Part shown: one piece after another, positions 24,771-39,542 of the stretch | Numbering within the stretch: position 1 is the first letter of the stretch | Layout of the letters: every line of letters starts with the position of its first letter | Assembly (NCBI GenBank): GCA_043228905.1 | Contig: JBHGNT010000001.1 | Location: 13,888,001-13,952,000, forward strand | Reading direction: 5' to 3' | Length of the DNA stretch: 64,000 nt | From: Azolla caroliniana | Lineage: Eukaryota; Plantae; Polypodiophyta | The notes under the pieces: generated by a model | What the model was told of the DNA's origin: nothing | The model's database searches: none | What the model saw: the letters and a program-made list of their open reading frames with translations, nothing else | Translations under genes and position numbers: made by a program

Positions 24771-25807
24771 TTGGAAGTAGAGCATCCGACTGTTTGGTAC
24801 ATTGCCCCTTGATCGGACGTGATTTTCTTCGACCAACAGTATTGGCTGAAGGTCGAGAAAGGAAGGAGGATTCTTCCTTGCAAGGATGGGCGATCTAATT
24901 GTATTGAATTGTGGTGCTAAGACACCAAGGCATATCTAGACCATTCCGTTGTCGTCAATGCTGACGTTGATTGATCCAAGGGCATCGCACAACTCCTTGA
25001 TCTTCAAGGTGTAGCTGGTGACCGACATATCCCTTTGCTAAATAGTGTTCAACTCCTGTCGGAGTTGAAGCTTGCGTGCAGCTGTGTTGGCTGTAAAGTT
25101 CTTCTTAAGGTTGCCCCAAGCTTCTTTCGGCGTTTTTGCCTCTCAAATGTAGCCAAGCATGTGATCATGCACGCATGATACTAAGCTGTACAACACGCAA
25201 CTCCCCACTTGCTCCCAAGCTAGGTATTCGGCATGTGCTAGGTTGGGTTGATTTTCTTGAGCTCCTTCAACATACCTCCAATAGCCTTGACCCACAAGGT
25301 ATTGGTGCATCTTGTATTCCCAAGATGCAAAGTTTGATCTGTCGAGTTTCTCAGTGGGAAGAGCGCTTCCCATTTGAGTGTTCATTGTGTGGTTTTTCTT
25401 CTATCATTGGGCCAATTGTGTTTGATTGTCGATGAGCAACACAACACAGTTGAGCGAATCAGACTACTACACATTCTAATACCATGTAAAGAAATGGAAA
25501 GTGTAGGTGATCTTGTGCAGCAGAAGGAACTCTGTGTGTGTGTGTGTCAGAGAGAAAGAAGAAAGAGAGATATATTAACATCTTCTAAGGCCAAATTTGG
25601 CCCAACTTAGAGAGACAAAGAACAAGAAGTTGTATTAGCAAAATGCAAAATACATCCAATAGTAACTTGGTTACAAAAGAGTTGGTTTAAATACCAATTA
25701 ACTTTGGAAACTGCCCTTTCTACTTTTTACAAAACTAGCCTAAACTTAGAGTGTCCATTGTTAGTGTGAAAGCCATTCCATTGGGAAGTTGGGTTTGACT
25801 CTCAACA
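24771..25807 (-). mobile_element. Old Copia remnant (5' LTR 25485-25807, degenerate PBS, gag fragment), Copia-A related
   Basis: MGSALPTEKLDRSNFASWEYKMHQYLVGQG gag start; TTCTAATACCA PBS relic at 25474-25484; TGTAAA...CTCAACA LTR. Confidence 0.8.
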
Positions 25808-26689
25808 GTCCCACTTAAAGGCATAATTTTCTACAATGGAGTACAATACACTACCATTGGAAAGTGCAAATGTCCACAAGGGTACAAAGTGATCATTATC
25901 CTATGCTTAAGAGTTTTTTGAGGTGTACACACCTCTCTAGTGCTAGACATTTCATAAGAAGATCTTTAGGGTTATCATTACACATCGTTTGAAATGATTG
26001 CACACCTCAATGTTTGAGCCTCGCCATGAATACCAAAACCTCCCACTAGGCAAGCAACCCATATCACTTCTTTGTATACCTAAGATGCAATGATGCATTT
26101 TTGCCAATATTGTGGAAAGGGCCACACGCTCATGTGTTCAAGAATCAAGATCTCCATGAAACTAACTTCTTGCTAATGTGAACATGTAAACAACTAATGG
26201 ACATGCTATCTTCCATGATGGTAGCTGAATATATGATTGTCATGATCCAACAAAATGAATATTCAAGTCATCTATTCCTTATGAGATATATTCAGTGCCG
26301 TGGTCACAACATTAAAACAAACTTATGAATATCTTGTACGAACATTTTGGAGCAAATATCATTTAGCCAACTCTCCTCCGTCTCTTAAGAGAGTTCAATG
26401 TGGGAAGCCGTCATCCTTTCGAAATGCTTGACCTGTGGTTGTCAAGTCAACGGGGTCTTATTGGAGAGGGAGAGAGAGAGAGAGAGAGAGATGGTTTTCA
26501 GAGGTCGTTGTTTCTTTAAGATACCGCCTCTTGGGAGGTCCTGTGCAAACAACAACATGAGGGAGCCACTCAGCTTTGCAAGGTCACATATTTTTATGGA
26601 AATAAAGAAAAGCGTAAGAGGAGAGCAAAAATTATAAATATACAGGAACTCATCCTTATCTTCTTGTAATCGGGGGAACGAATAGGGGA

Positions 26690-26780
26690 GAGCCACGTGG
26701 CCGTTCGTACAGGTGGCCAAACCTCCAACGGAAACGTCTCTCTCTCTCTCTGCGTCCGCGTCTTGGCTATAAATAACAGA
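26690..26780 (+). promoter_or_regulatory. Polyubiquitin core promoter: palindromic G-box, (TC)n tract, TATA box
   Basis: GCCACGTGGC at 26692-26701; CTATAAATA at 26767-26775; pyrimidine-rich leader follows. Confidence 0.7.
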
Positions 26781-26903
26781 CGCAGGAGATGCACCGCTTC
26801 ATCCACTTCTTTCTTTCTTCTCTGTATTTCTCCTTCTCTGTTTTTGTCTTGACTGATTAATTCTGAGTCTGTTCGTGACGACTCGCCTTTCTTAGAGCCC
26901 TAG

Positions 26904-28325
<1,422 letters not shown>

Positions 28326-28879
28326 AAAAATTGTCTTTCTATACATGCTGCAGTTCTTGTGTTTGCTGGTTTTCCTTCCTAAAAAGCTTTGTGGTATTTT
28401 GTCAGTTGTGGTGTTGATTGTCTAGTTCAGTCTGGCTTTGGCTTTGTAGTAATCTTACATGAAAGGAATTGGACTTGGAAGTTGTTAAACCTTGTTTTTT
28501 TTAATTTAGTTTCATATTTCTCTAGCCCACCTGTCTTTTTGTGTTATTGTTCTGGTCAATATTTTCAGACCCTCATCTCTAATTTAACCCGCATCTGTAT
28601 CCACTGGTCATTACGTATTGTTCTAACTGTTAAACGGATTTGATCCTGGTAATAGGGCATTGTGAATCACTTAATTCCTGTTGCATCTTTGCAAGTGATC
28701 ACAGTAAGTTAAAATCACATATCTCAATAACATGCCAATTTATGAATCACTGCATCGTTGAAAGTGATCATGGTAAATCTTTGTGTACCTTTTGCATGGG
28801 TAGAAAATTAGATTGTCATTTAATGCATGTTGCCGTACAACACAGCTCGACCATTACCACACATTGCCAACAGCTGGTA

Positions 28880-29128
28880 TAATTATTTAGAGTTCCATTG
28901 TTTATATTCAGTCATCTTCATTGCTGCTTAGTGAATAAGGAAAATCCAGTGTTTGGTTTTTGCAAACAATTTTTGTAAAGAAGTTTAGGGTTTAGGGTGC
29001 CAACAGTTGGGATAATTATTTAGAGGTACATGGTTTATATTCAGTCATCTTCATTGCTGCTTAATGAATAAGCAAAATTTGCAAATCCAGTGTTCAGTTT
29101 TTGCAAACAATTTCTGTAAAGAAGTTAA
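28880..29128. repeat. Local ~110-bp direct duplication
   Basis: TAATTATTTAGAG...TTTATATTCAGTCATCTTCATTGCTGCTTA...GTAAAGAAGTT occurs at ~28880 and ~29013. Confidence 0.8.
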
Positions 29129-29351
29129 TGATAGGCATATCAAACCTTCACTATACGCTTGAATTGAAAATTCTTTACGTCCATCCAGATACGATTGAAA
29201 ATTCTGTGTCTATCCTGTTTTTGTGCCCAAATTCACCTCCATTTTTTCAGGTTTTTGCAGACAATTTCACCTCCTCCATTTTTTCTTCCTACCCTGATTG
29301 TGCATCTGCATATCCAAAGTGTCTTGTGACTTGGTGAGTCGTGCCAATGAT

Positions 29352-29645
29352 GTTGGGCAGATCTCCTTTCTCCAAATGATAGGAAGAGCCGACTTCTTGC
29401 GGGAAGTATTGGTATTTGTGATACTAGGTATTGTGGGCAATTTATTATTGTTGGGCAAATCACCTTTCTCCAAATGATAGGAAGAGCTGACTTCTTGTTT
29501 GAAGTATTGGTATTGGTGATACTAGCTATTGTAGACAATTTATTGTTGGGCAGATCTCCTTTCTCCAAATGATAGGAAGAGCTTGACTTCTTGCTGGAAG
29601 TATTGGTATTTGTGATACTAGCGATTGTGGACAATTTATTGTTGT
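29352..29645. repeat. Three copies of a ~96-bp tandem repeat
   Basis: TTGGGCA(G/A)ATC(T/A)CCTTTCTCCAAATGATAGGAAGAGC...GAAGTATTGGTATT x3. Confidence 0.9.
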
Positions 29646-30320
29646 GACCGTTAGTTGAGGCCCTAGAGTATTGCGCAACCACTTCTACCAAATTGATCTC
29701 AAAATAATGAGATTACAATAACTGCTCTCCCAATTGTATTTCTGCATTTTCTAGTCTGTATTGTTGGCATGCAACAAGGTGGTCATCAGGCAAGGTTCAG
29801 ATCAGGTAGGTAACTTCACTTTGGTTTTACCTTAATGATGGGATAATAACTATTATTACCAATTTGGCCATATTCAACCGAGTTCTACCATAGAGGGAGG
29901 ACACTTTTGTCGGTAAAGCAACAACCACCCTCAATGACTGACATTCACCTCTCACCTTACATTCCTTCAAACCATGAGAAGAAAGACATGCACTTAGTGC
30001 AAACATGCCTTGAAGCAATGAAGCCTTTGTGCAATCACTTAGCCTCACCAAGGATCTCATTATCTATGTAGGGGTTACCCTTTCAACATGTGAACTAGAA
30101 GGCATGGTTGGTAAAAAGAAATTTGGGTTGAAAAGATGGAAGATTGCTTGGAGAGGGAACAAGTAATGACGAGGGAGGTAGTTGGGATTGAGATAGGGTT
30201 GATACAAGCAGGGGGGGGGGGGATATATGGAGAATGAAGTGCTTCCATATCTGGAATAGAGCGGGATATTGACCATCTTTTTGAAGTCTCATTGGTAGGA
30301 CGAGAGTGGGATGGTCGCAT

Positions 30321-30596
30321 CTAGACACTCATCATTGGGCACGTAGTAGGGTCTTTATCGAGGTTGAAAGCAAGGCCCCAAATAGGATGGTCACTTTGGT
30401 GGAAGCATGGATGCTCAAATGGATGTGGGATCAGGAGAAGTCTTAGTAGTGTAAGGAGACAAACTATCACTTGGATATCATGATCATGAATATTGATATA
30501 TTTGTCAATGAAGTTCTTTGCGATACATAACATCCTCCAATAAGTGGGTTTATTGTGGCAAGGGTAGGGGAAGGTTTCATTGACATACCACACCAC
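30321..30596 (-). pseudogene. Unknown ORF remnant homologous to the 44891-45310 ORF (DHPxWGLAF domain)
   Basis: Visible ~80-aa alignment with 44891-45310; minus-strand CCTATAAATAGG at 30614-30625 just upstream; no in-frame ATG at the ORF start. Confidence 0.55.
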
Positions 30597-30729
30597 TCAT
30601 TATCGACCACCATCCTATTTATAGGTGTGTCCTTTTCCAAACCCACACACCACCACTCCTCACAATGCTACTTTTTCTTAATCATCTTTATGACTTCTCC
30701 TAATTCTTCTTTAGGAATTTGTGTAAATC

Positions 30730-31020
30730 ATCATTAGAACTTTTGCTTTCTGTTCTTAGAACTTTTCCTTAATCATGAACAAAGATTTTCTTTTTCATCT
30801 CTAGAGCTTTACCATAATCATCTCGAAGAGTTTTCCTGTTTCTAGAACTTCTCCTTAATCATGAACAACACTTTTCCTTTTCATCTCTAGAGCTTTACCA
30901 TAATCATCTCTAGAATATTTCCTTAATCATCTCTGGGAATTTTCCTATCTCATTCTTGAGACATATGTTTTATGTCCATGGAACTTTTCCTTAATTGTCT
31001 CTACTATCTAATTCATCCTT
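30730..31020. repeat. Short degenerate repeats
   Basis: TAGAACTTTTCCTTAATCAT and TCATCTCTAGAGCTTTACCATAATCATCTC blocks repeated. Confidence 0.7.
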
Positions 31021-32428
31021 ATGATTTATTGGGGCCTCTCTTTAAAGTTTGCTAAAGTTTTTTGGCAATTTGTTTAACAAATTGTTGACCTTTCCCTAAA
31101 ATATAGGGAGTTCATCAACTACCAATACAAACATGATGCCAGACATTAAAATCTAGTGGTTTGTATTGTTCAGAATATTGTATGGTTAGTTTAATGTTGA
31201 ATGAGTGATCACTAGATGACTTATATTCATAAACAAAGTTTGTTAGAGGCTTGTTAGCATAGAGAGCTGCAAGGAGCCACACATTCTTGGCCTACATTTT
31301 GCATACTTTGTTGTGTATAAAGCGGGTCGTCTTTTGTCTTTTCTATTACCACTCATCTTGCTTGTAGAATGTTGTCAAACATCCCTAACATCAACGACCT
31401 AGCTTAACATAAAGAATCAATGGAATAATCAAGAAAAAATCAACAATAATTAATTATAAATTATACAAATTTAATAAAAACTAACCAAAAAATGATAAAT
31501 AATTAGGGTTTGGGAAAACAATATTTTGTCTCACTAGGTATTTGTAGGCTTCACAACTTATGAAGAATTCAATGGATCATTTGTGAGCATCCACCATTTT
31601 CCAAAGCAAAGCCAAATGTTGCGATGATTGACAATTTCCTTAACATTAAATCGTTGAAAGGAATATGCTAGACATTGTTGCAAGCATATGTGCTTGTGTG
31701 AAGTCTTGAGTGTTACCATTGGGAACTTCAACCAAGGAAGATGGTCCATCGATGAAGAGTTGCGAGATTTATCGGTTGAGATCACACTTCTTTGGTCTTC
31801 ATTAAGTTGAGCTTCTTAACTCTATTCAGGTAGTTGCCCATATAAACACACACCGTGTGTGGGAAAATATGCTTGTACTCAATTATTCTATGTGTCAAAA
31901 TGTGAGAGTGTAAGTGTTGTGTCAGCATTTATGCATTTATGTACATGAAATTGAATTGGTGGAATGTGTAATTTAGGTTCAAATATTCATGCATTATTGT
32001 GATAAACGATGTCATGAAGCCTTAGGTTGCGACACAATACCGCAATCTTTATGACAACGTGAATATGATTTTGTAGGTGTGCACTTTGCGATTGTATGTT
32101 AGTGTACATGCAAACATGTGTGTTCGTATATGTTTATATAGAATTGCATGTGTGCGTGTAAATGTGGAAATGTTCTTGATATGCTTTTGTGTGTGTTTGT
32201 TTGTATGTGATCATGTGAACACACTCGTGGGAATGTGCATGGTGTGTGTGCAATATAGTGGGGTAATGCGGGTATGTATGTACTATGTATAAGTTTATAA
32301 GTGTGCCTATCTTTGCATTTACGTGTGTATGTGTATTTATGTATATGTGTGCCTATATGTATTTGAATACATTCCTGTTTGTGTGTGGTATGTTCCTGAA
32401 TGTATGTATATGTGTGTTATGTGCAGAT

Positions 32429-32645
32429 ATAGGCCTTGGTTTAGCTTAACTATTGACAACGGTTCAGCTTGGTTTGGTTCGAGAGTGTCAAACTCAAACC
32501 GTCTAACATTGAACCATTTAAAACAATTGAAACTTAAAACGAACCGAATCGAACCACAAACCCATTGAAACCGAACTGCTACAAAAAAATAAGCTCAAAC
32601 CAAACGGTTTAGCGATTTTCAAATTGTTAAACCATTAAACTTTAA
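32429..32645. mobile_element. Possible hAT-like DNA transposon end
   Basis: TAGGC start followed by a cluster of AACCG/CGGTT subterminal-type motifs; no partner end or TSD found. Confidence 0.4.
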
Positions 32646-33029
32646 AGAAAAAAAACCCAAAACAAAATATCCTTCCATTAGTGATATCGAAAGCTCATAA
32701 CAGTTCAATATACAAAGTATTTTTTCCCAATCTCGTCTTGTGTAAGATAATGGCTTGGGAAACAAATCTATGTACTCCAACATAAAGAAAACAATCCAAT
32801 AACTACAATCTATTCCCTAGACACATTGCAAGGTATCCATATCCATAGACAACAACAAAAGTAGCTCTATTCAGAAAGAAGCCCTCTGAGATCATAGTTA
32901 TGAGCCATTCAATACTTCTTCAACCTGTACATCTCGGATTTGAAGAAGATCAACTACTTTGTTTGGTTTTTCAAGAGAACCACGATTGACATTCGTGAGT
33001 GTAAAGTCAACAACTATGCTTCCTCTTTC

Positions 33030-33790
33030 CACATCAACCATGTTGCCGAATTACACCAAATTCTTGTACATACAACAACAAATTAAGTCAAGTTCCCTCC
33101 TCTCCTCATGAGCTTATTCTTCAGCCCCCACACCATCATCAATCGTCCTTATCAAAAACATAAAAAATGCTCTGAATACCACCAAATTCCTGCACATAAA
33201 CAATAAAATGCGTGTAAAGTTCTCATCTCCTCATGAGAATATGCTTCGACATCCACACCATCATCACTCATCCTTATTGAAAACATAAATTCTACTTCCT
33301 TAAGTCCACATCATCCATCTCGCCAAATACCACCCAAATCCTACAGATACAACAATACAATGAGTCTTGTTTCCTCATCCCATCATGAGAGTATGCTTCA
33401 CCCCCCACACCCTCATCACTCATCCTTATCCAAAAACATACATTTGCTTCGTCAAGTCCACATCAAACTTCCACCGATTACTGCCAAAACCTCTACATAC
33501 AAACAACTAATTTAGTCTAGTCTTCTAAATAGACTATGCTTCAGCCCCCACACCACCAACACTCATTCTCATCAAAAACATGCATTTTGCTTCTTCAAGT
33601 CCACGTCAAACTTCTCGCTGATTACCACCAAAATCCTGTACATACAAACAACTAAATGAGTCTAGTCTTCTGAAGAGACTATGCTTCAGCCCCCACACCA
33701 CCAACATTCATTATTATCAAAAACATGAATTGTGCTTCATTAATCCACATCAACCATCTCACTCTCGTTGATTTACCACCAAAATCGTGT
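33030..33790. repeat. Degenerate tandem repeat, ~125-150-bp unit, about 5 copies
   Basis: CTTCAGCCCCCACACCA..A.CACTCAT.CTTATCAAAAACAT recurs at about 33120, 33244, 33396, 33539 and 33684. Confidence 0.8.
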
Positions 33791-34150
33791 ACCCTTTATC
33801 CAAAATCAGAAGATGCTTCATTTTCCGCATCCACCATCTCGCCCCTGTCATTCCACAGGATTGTCCCAATCCCATTCGTCTCTTTTATGTCCTTCCTGTC
33901 AACCTGCAAGATAAAGAGGAAAGAAGAAACTATATACCTCATTTTGTAGGATCTATGTATCAATGGAGTTAACTCCTCGATGTCGTTCGTAGAGTTCGAA
34001 CCGGCGTATACCCTTTCGATGGTGAATCGGGCGGAGATGGTTGTCGGACACCTCCAAGCCTCACACTCACTTAACGATTAGTAGATGATTAAGCACAATA
34101 TCTGTCTCACTCTCTCAAGCTCGCTCTCATAGACAATAGGGTAATGAATG

Positions 34151-36890
34151 TGTTGGGAGACAGGTCCCTCCGAATGGGAAACGAGAAGAACAGTGCTGAT
34201 GAGCAAACTCGGCCGAGGCCGAAACCGGATGACGTTTACCTGGCTACGGAGAGCCGGATGGTGCAGACCCGGTGAGAACCGGATGAGGAGTACCCGGCTA
34301 CGGAGAGCCAGATGGTGCAGACCCAGTGAGAACCGGATGAGGAGTACCCGGCTACGGAGAGCCGGATGGTGCAGACCCGGTGAGAACCGGATGAGGAGTA
34401 CTCGGCTACGGAGAGCTGGATGGTGCAGACCTAGTGAGGAGTGCTCACCGGATGAAGAGACATATTCGTAAATATGTTTCTGAGAGTCCATCGTGGCTAT
34501 ATTTGTAAATAACCGAAAAGTCATATTAGTATAAATATGACTTAGGGAAAACCTTTATAGTGTGGTGGTTATTCTTGTTTGCGAGAGATCAGAGCGCGTA
34601 ACTGTGTACAGAGAGAGAGAGAGAGAGAGAGAGAGGAAGAGGTCGTTGCCTCTGTTGTAACCGCCGCCTGTGGCGAAGATAGAAAGCTCGAGGTTGTTGC
34701 CTCGGTGCTTTACTGTTGTACATTGTAACATAGTGATAGTTTGCAGCCTATGGGCTGCCGTGGTTTTTCCCTAGTTTGGGTTTTCCACGTAAACATCCTG
34801 TGTACTCTTCTCTTCATTGTGTCGTGCATTCATTCCTGTTTTTTTTGTGTATGATTCTAAGCTCGGTTGAGGCCGAGCGTTGCGCATAGGGGACGTATAG
34901 TTCCCGTCAAGTGGTATCAGAGCAAAACGACACAGAAAATGGACGATTCGTTGGGAGGCATGTTCAAGCTCACCAGCTCCAACTATTCGGTGTGGAAGTC
35001 GAAGATGAGGGACATGCTCGTGGTTAAAGATATTTGGTTGCCGGTTCAGTTCGGGGACAAGAGACCGGACAAAATCGACGCCACGATATGGGAGGTGATG
35101 CACATGAAGACAACGGCGTACATACTGTGTTTCATCGACATGAACCTATACAACAACTTCAATGAAGAGAGCAAGGCTCATGAGCTCTGGGAGAAGATCG
35201 GCATTATGTTTCAGAACAAAAATGTTGTTAACCAAGTTTCGGTATTCTGAAAGCTAGTAAGACTCCGGTACCAAGATGGCTCCAGCATGGCGGAGCACAT
35301 GAATGCCTTCCAGGGGCTGATACACCAGGCAACATCATTGGAAGTACCTCTCACCGATGAGGTACTAGCGCTACTCCTGCTCGATTCCCTCCCGGATAGC
35401 TGGGAGACGTTGGTTGTCACTTTGGGCAACGCCGGGCCGGAAGGGAAACGGTTATCCCTAGCAAGAGTGAAGTCGAGCTTGCTAGATGAGGAGGCGCGTC
35501 GAAAAGATAAGGATACGAGCTCCGACTCCAAAGCGCTCCTTACCGAATCGGAACGCGGAAGACAAAGAAACTGTAGTCCCCAGAACCGGGAGAAGTCGGG
35601 GACACGGTCAAAGTCAAGGGGGAGACCTACTTGCTTCTATTGCGGCAAGCTGGGACACTTCCAAAAGAATTGTCGGCATTTCCGAAAAGACAAGGAAACC
35701 GACGGTACCGATTCGAAGCGGACCCCGGACCAGAACGGTAAAGACCAGAGGGGGCCGGACCGGAAGGGAATGACGACAATCGCGGCAAGTGAAGAAGAGT
35801 TGATGCTCATCACCGAGGAGAGTGAGATAAACCTTGCCGGCGACGAGATGACCTAGGTGGTAGACTCCGGAGCGTCGTTCCACCTTACCCCGGACCGGAA
35901 ATGCTTTTCATCCTACTCAGTCGGTGATCACGGCCGTGTCCGGATGGGGAATGAAGGTACATGCCGAATTGTTGGCATAGGAGACGTGTGGCTGCCAACA
36001 CCAACCGGATACAAGTTGTTGCTGAAGGATGTCTGACACGTTCCGGAGGTTCAACTGAACCTGATATCAGGCAGTCGGCTAGATGATGAAGGCTACACGG
36101 GTAGCATCCGGAACGGTGTCATGAAGTTCAACAAAGGGAGCCTGATTGTGGCTCGGGCCCGGAAGGTCAACACTTTGTACCTGATGAATGCCTGGTTATG
36201 TCCGGAGGAAGTGAACATGGCATCCGACACTACCGGTGAGCTGTGGCACAAAAGGCTATGTTACATGAGCGAGAAGGGGATGAAGAGGGTTGCAGACAAC
36301 AACCTCATTCCAGTGAAGAACGTGCACTTGGAAAAGTGCACCGATTGTCTAGCCGGTAAGCAAAACCGGACCTCCTTCCGACCAAGGCCACCGATGAGAC
36401 GTAATGCACCACTGGAGTTGGTGCATACTGATGTATATCAAGTGGATACGAAGTCACATGCCGGATCGCAGTACTTCGTGACGTTCATAGATGACCACAG
36501 CCGGAAGCTGTGGGCCACACCGTTGAAGACGAAGGATCAGGTGCTATCCATCTTCAAAGAGCTCCACGCGAGAGTGGAAAGAGAAACCGTCCGGAAGCTG
36601 AAGGCGGTTCAAGCAGATAACGGAGGTGAATACCGGGGGCAGTTCGAGGAGTACTGTCGCTCGAAGGGAATCCGGCTCGAATTTACCGTGCCGAAGACGT
36701 CGGAACTAAACGGGCTGGCCGAGAGGATGAACCGGACCATAATGGAGAGGGTCCGGAGTATGCTAGTGCATGCAAAACTACCCAAGAAGTTTTGGGCTGA
36801 GGCACTGTCCACGACGACATATGTGATAAACAGATCACCTTCAGTACCCTTGGACGGAGACACGCCACAGAGAGTCTGAACCGGTAAAGA
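34151..36890 (+). mobile_element. 5' half of a decayed Ty1/Copia element (Copia-C, Copia-B relative), truncated in integrase
   Basis: LTR 34151-34909 (TG...CA; ~4 x 54-bp repeats); PBS TGGTATCAGAGC 34912-34923; gag from ATG ~34939; protease VVDSGAS; integrase up to DGDTPQRV; in-frame stops. Confidence 0.92.
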
Positions 36891-39542
36891 AGTGTACGCT
36901 ACGCAATGCCCAACAACAGACCGCGGAAAGGCTCCTGCCTTGAATAGTATTATGGCTGACGTACAAAACGTCACAACACGTAGCAAAGCCCAGGCTACCC
37001 CATGGCAAGTTCAGGACAAAGTCCGGCAAGCAGCCAAAGAATGGATGGATACGGCCATTAAAAACAATGTGGTGCGGATGCACACGGAAATGGGAGATGC
37101 AACCATTAGAGCAACACAGTCCTCGGCTCCATCCACGGCGGCAAAAGATGACCAGCTGTGGGACACCCTTACCAGTTCCAGGATCTGCTTACCTCTGCAT
37201 AAACTCTTACCACTCATGCCGCATTTTCGGGACACCTTGGCTTCACACACGGCCAACAACAAGTTCACCGCCCACATATGCACCTGACCGAGCCAGGAAC
37301 GGGTTCACCTCTCATGGATGCGCAGAATCCAGCCATAAAAATTATGATTAAAGGGAAGGACCTGCACGGGTGCATAATCAACGGCAGCTCTAGCGTGAAT
37401 GTCATCAGCGAGGCTACCTGTCGTAAACTCGGCCTGAATCAATGGGAACCTTGCCCCTTTTGGCTTCGGATGGCCGACACACGATCGGTTCGCCCCATCG
37501 GATTAATCCGCCACCTCGACTTTACTCGAGGAGGCCACATGTTCAGTATCTCAGCCGTTGTCTTACGACTCGAAGCACAAGGGTCTTACCCAATGTTACT
37601 GGGCAGACCATGGTTGCGCACAGCCAATATCAAACAACATTGGCAGCGCAACATGATCTCATTTCGTCGAGGAAAGACCAAGGTCCGGATCATAACCGAA
37701 GAACGCGTAACCGCGCCCCACAACACCTTGCTGTTATACGCAGAAGGGGTGCACATGCTCGACGGATTAGCCGATGACGAGGTGGATGATTTCCTAGAAG
37801 ACCATCCCACTATCATAGCTCTCTTCGAAATCGACGCCATGTCGGCCGTCGGCACACCTCTAGACGAGGAGGTCGCGGTGAATACACCTCCCAGGGATGA
37901 CCCCGATCCCACCACCATTGCCGAATTACAACACGCTCGGGACGCTTTTGAATGTGAACTCGCCATCTCCCAACGCGTGAAGGCATCAACGCTCGAAACA
38001 CTGAACCTCGGTTTGGACGAGACCCCTCGGACCCTACAAATGGCTAATAACTTACCAGCTGGCGAACGAGCAGCCCTCATCCACTTACTCACCGATTACC
38101 AGGATGTATTTGCATGGTCTTACACGGATATGAAGGGTTTGGACCCACAATACTACCAACACTAGATCCACCTTCTCCCGGACACTCGGCCGGTTCAGCA
38201 AAGACGATACCAGATGAACCCCAATTATGCGGCTGAGGTCAAGGAAGAAATAGACAAGCTCCTCCGAGTCGGGTTCATACGACCGGTAAAACGCGCCACA
38301 TGGTTAAACCCAATCGTAGTTGTCCCCAAGAAAAACGGGAAAATTTGAGTCTGTGTGGACTACCGCAAGCTTAATGTTGCAACGATCATGGATGGATTCC
38401 CTCTCCCGTTCACGGATAGTGTTCTCGATACGGTGGCAAGTCACGAATGCTATAGCTTTCCAGACGGGTTTAGTGGGTACAACCAAATCAGAATGCACCC
38501 GAATGATCAAGAGAAAACAACATTTGTCACGGAATGGGGTGTTTTCGTGGCAGAAGTCATGATGTTCGGTTTAAAAACAACACCGGCCACGTTCCAACGC
38601 ATCATCACCGAAATTTTTAACGAGTATATCCCGGCGTTCATGCAAGTCTTTCTTGACGACTTCGCCGTATATGGACAACGATTGGAACACATGACCCAGT
38701 TACGCCTCTGTCTTGATCGATGTCGCCAGGCTCGGTTAAGTTTAAACCCGGCAAAGTGTGCGTTCTTGGTCACAAGCGGCAACCTACTCGGACACATCGT
38801 CAGTCAAGAAGGTATCGCCATGGACCCAAATAAAGTACAAGCCATCCTAAAAGCCCCGGCACCCTCGAACGCAAAAGGCCTTAGCCGATTTCTGGGACAA
38901 ATCAGATGGCACAGCCGAATGATACGCTACCTGGCCGATTTCGCGACAACATTACACGTGGCGGTGCATCGACTCCCTTTTCAATGGACTTCAATCGAGG
39001 ACGAGGCTTACCAAGGATTGAAATTAATGCTCTCGCATGCCCCAGTTGTACAGCCACTGAGATGGTCGAAACCTTTTCACGTCTTCGTGGACGCATCAGA
39101 TATTGCCATCGACAGCGCACTTATGCAATGCACGCCCCCAAATTGGTATCGGCCAGAGTATTATGTTAGCCGACGTCTCTCGGCCGTGGAAAAGAACTAT
39201 TCAACCACCGAACAGGAGGCCCTCGATATGATCTACAGCATCAGTAAATTTTGGCATTACCTCTTAGGCCGAAAATTCACCTTTCACGTCGATCACTCGG
39301 CCCTCCTCTACCTGGTTAATAAACAAGCCCTGACAGGTCGACTGGCTCGATGGATGCTCCTATAACAAGAGTTTGATTTTCATATACATCATCGACCCGG
39401 AGTTCAACACGCCGTCGCCGATTACCTAAGCCGCCTCGAGTCCGGAGACCCTGCCGAGCCCACGTATGACGATCTACCCGATGTCGACTTATTTCATCTC
39501 GCAACGCTAACCGACGACAAAGAAGATGAATGGATCACGGAG

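Noticed and set aside
32060-32430. Cys/Val/Met-rich ORFs
   Set aside because: Translation of degenerate (TG/TA)n low-complexity DNA.
33945-34150. Possible additional LTR fragment starting TGTAGG, interrupted by Copia-C
   Set aside because: No partner end, TSD or PBS identifiable in the window.
34078-34524. ORFs with 18-aa repeats
   Set aside because: Translation of the 54-bp LTR tandem repeat.
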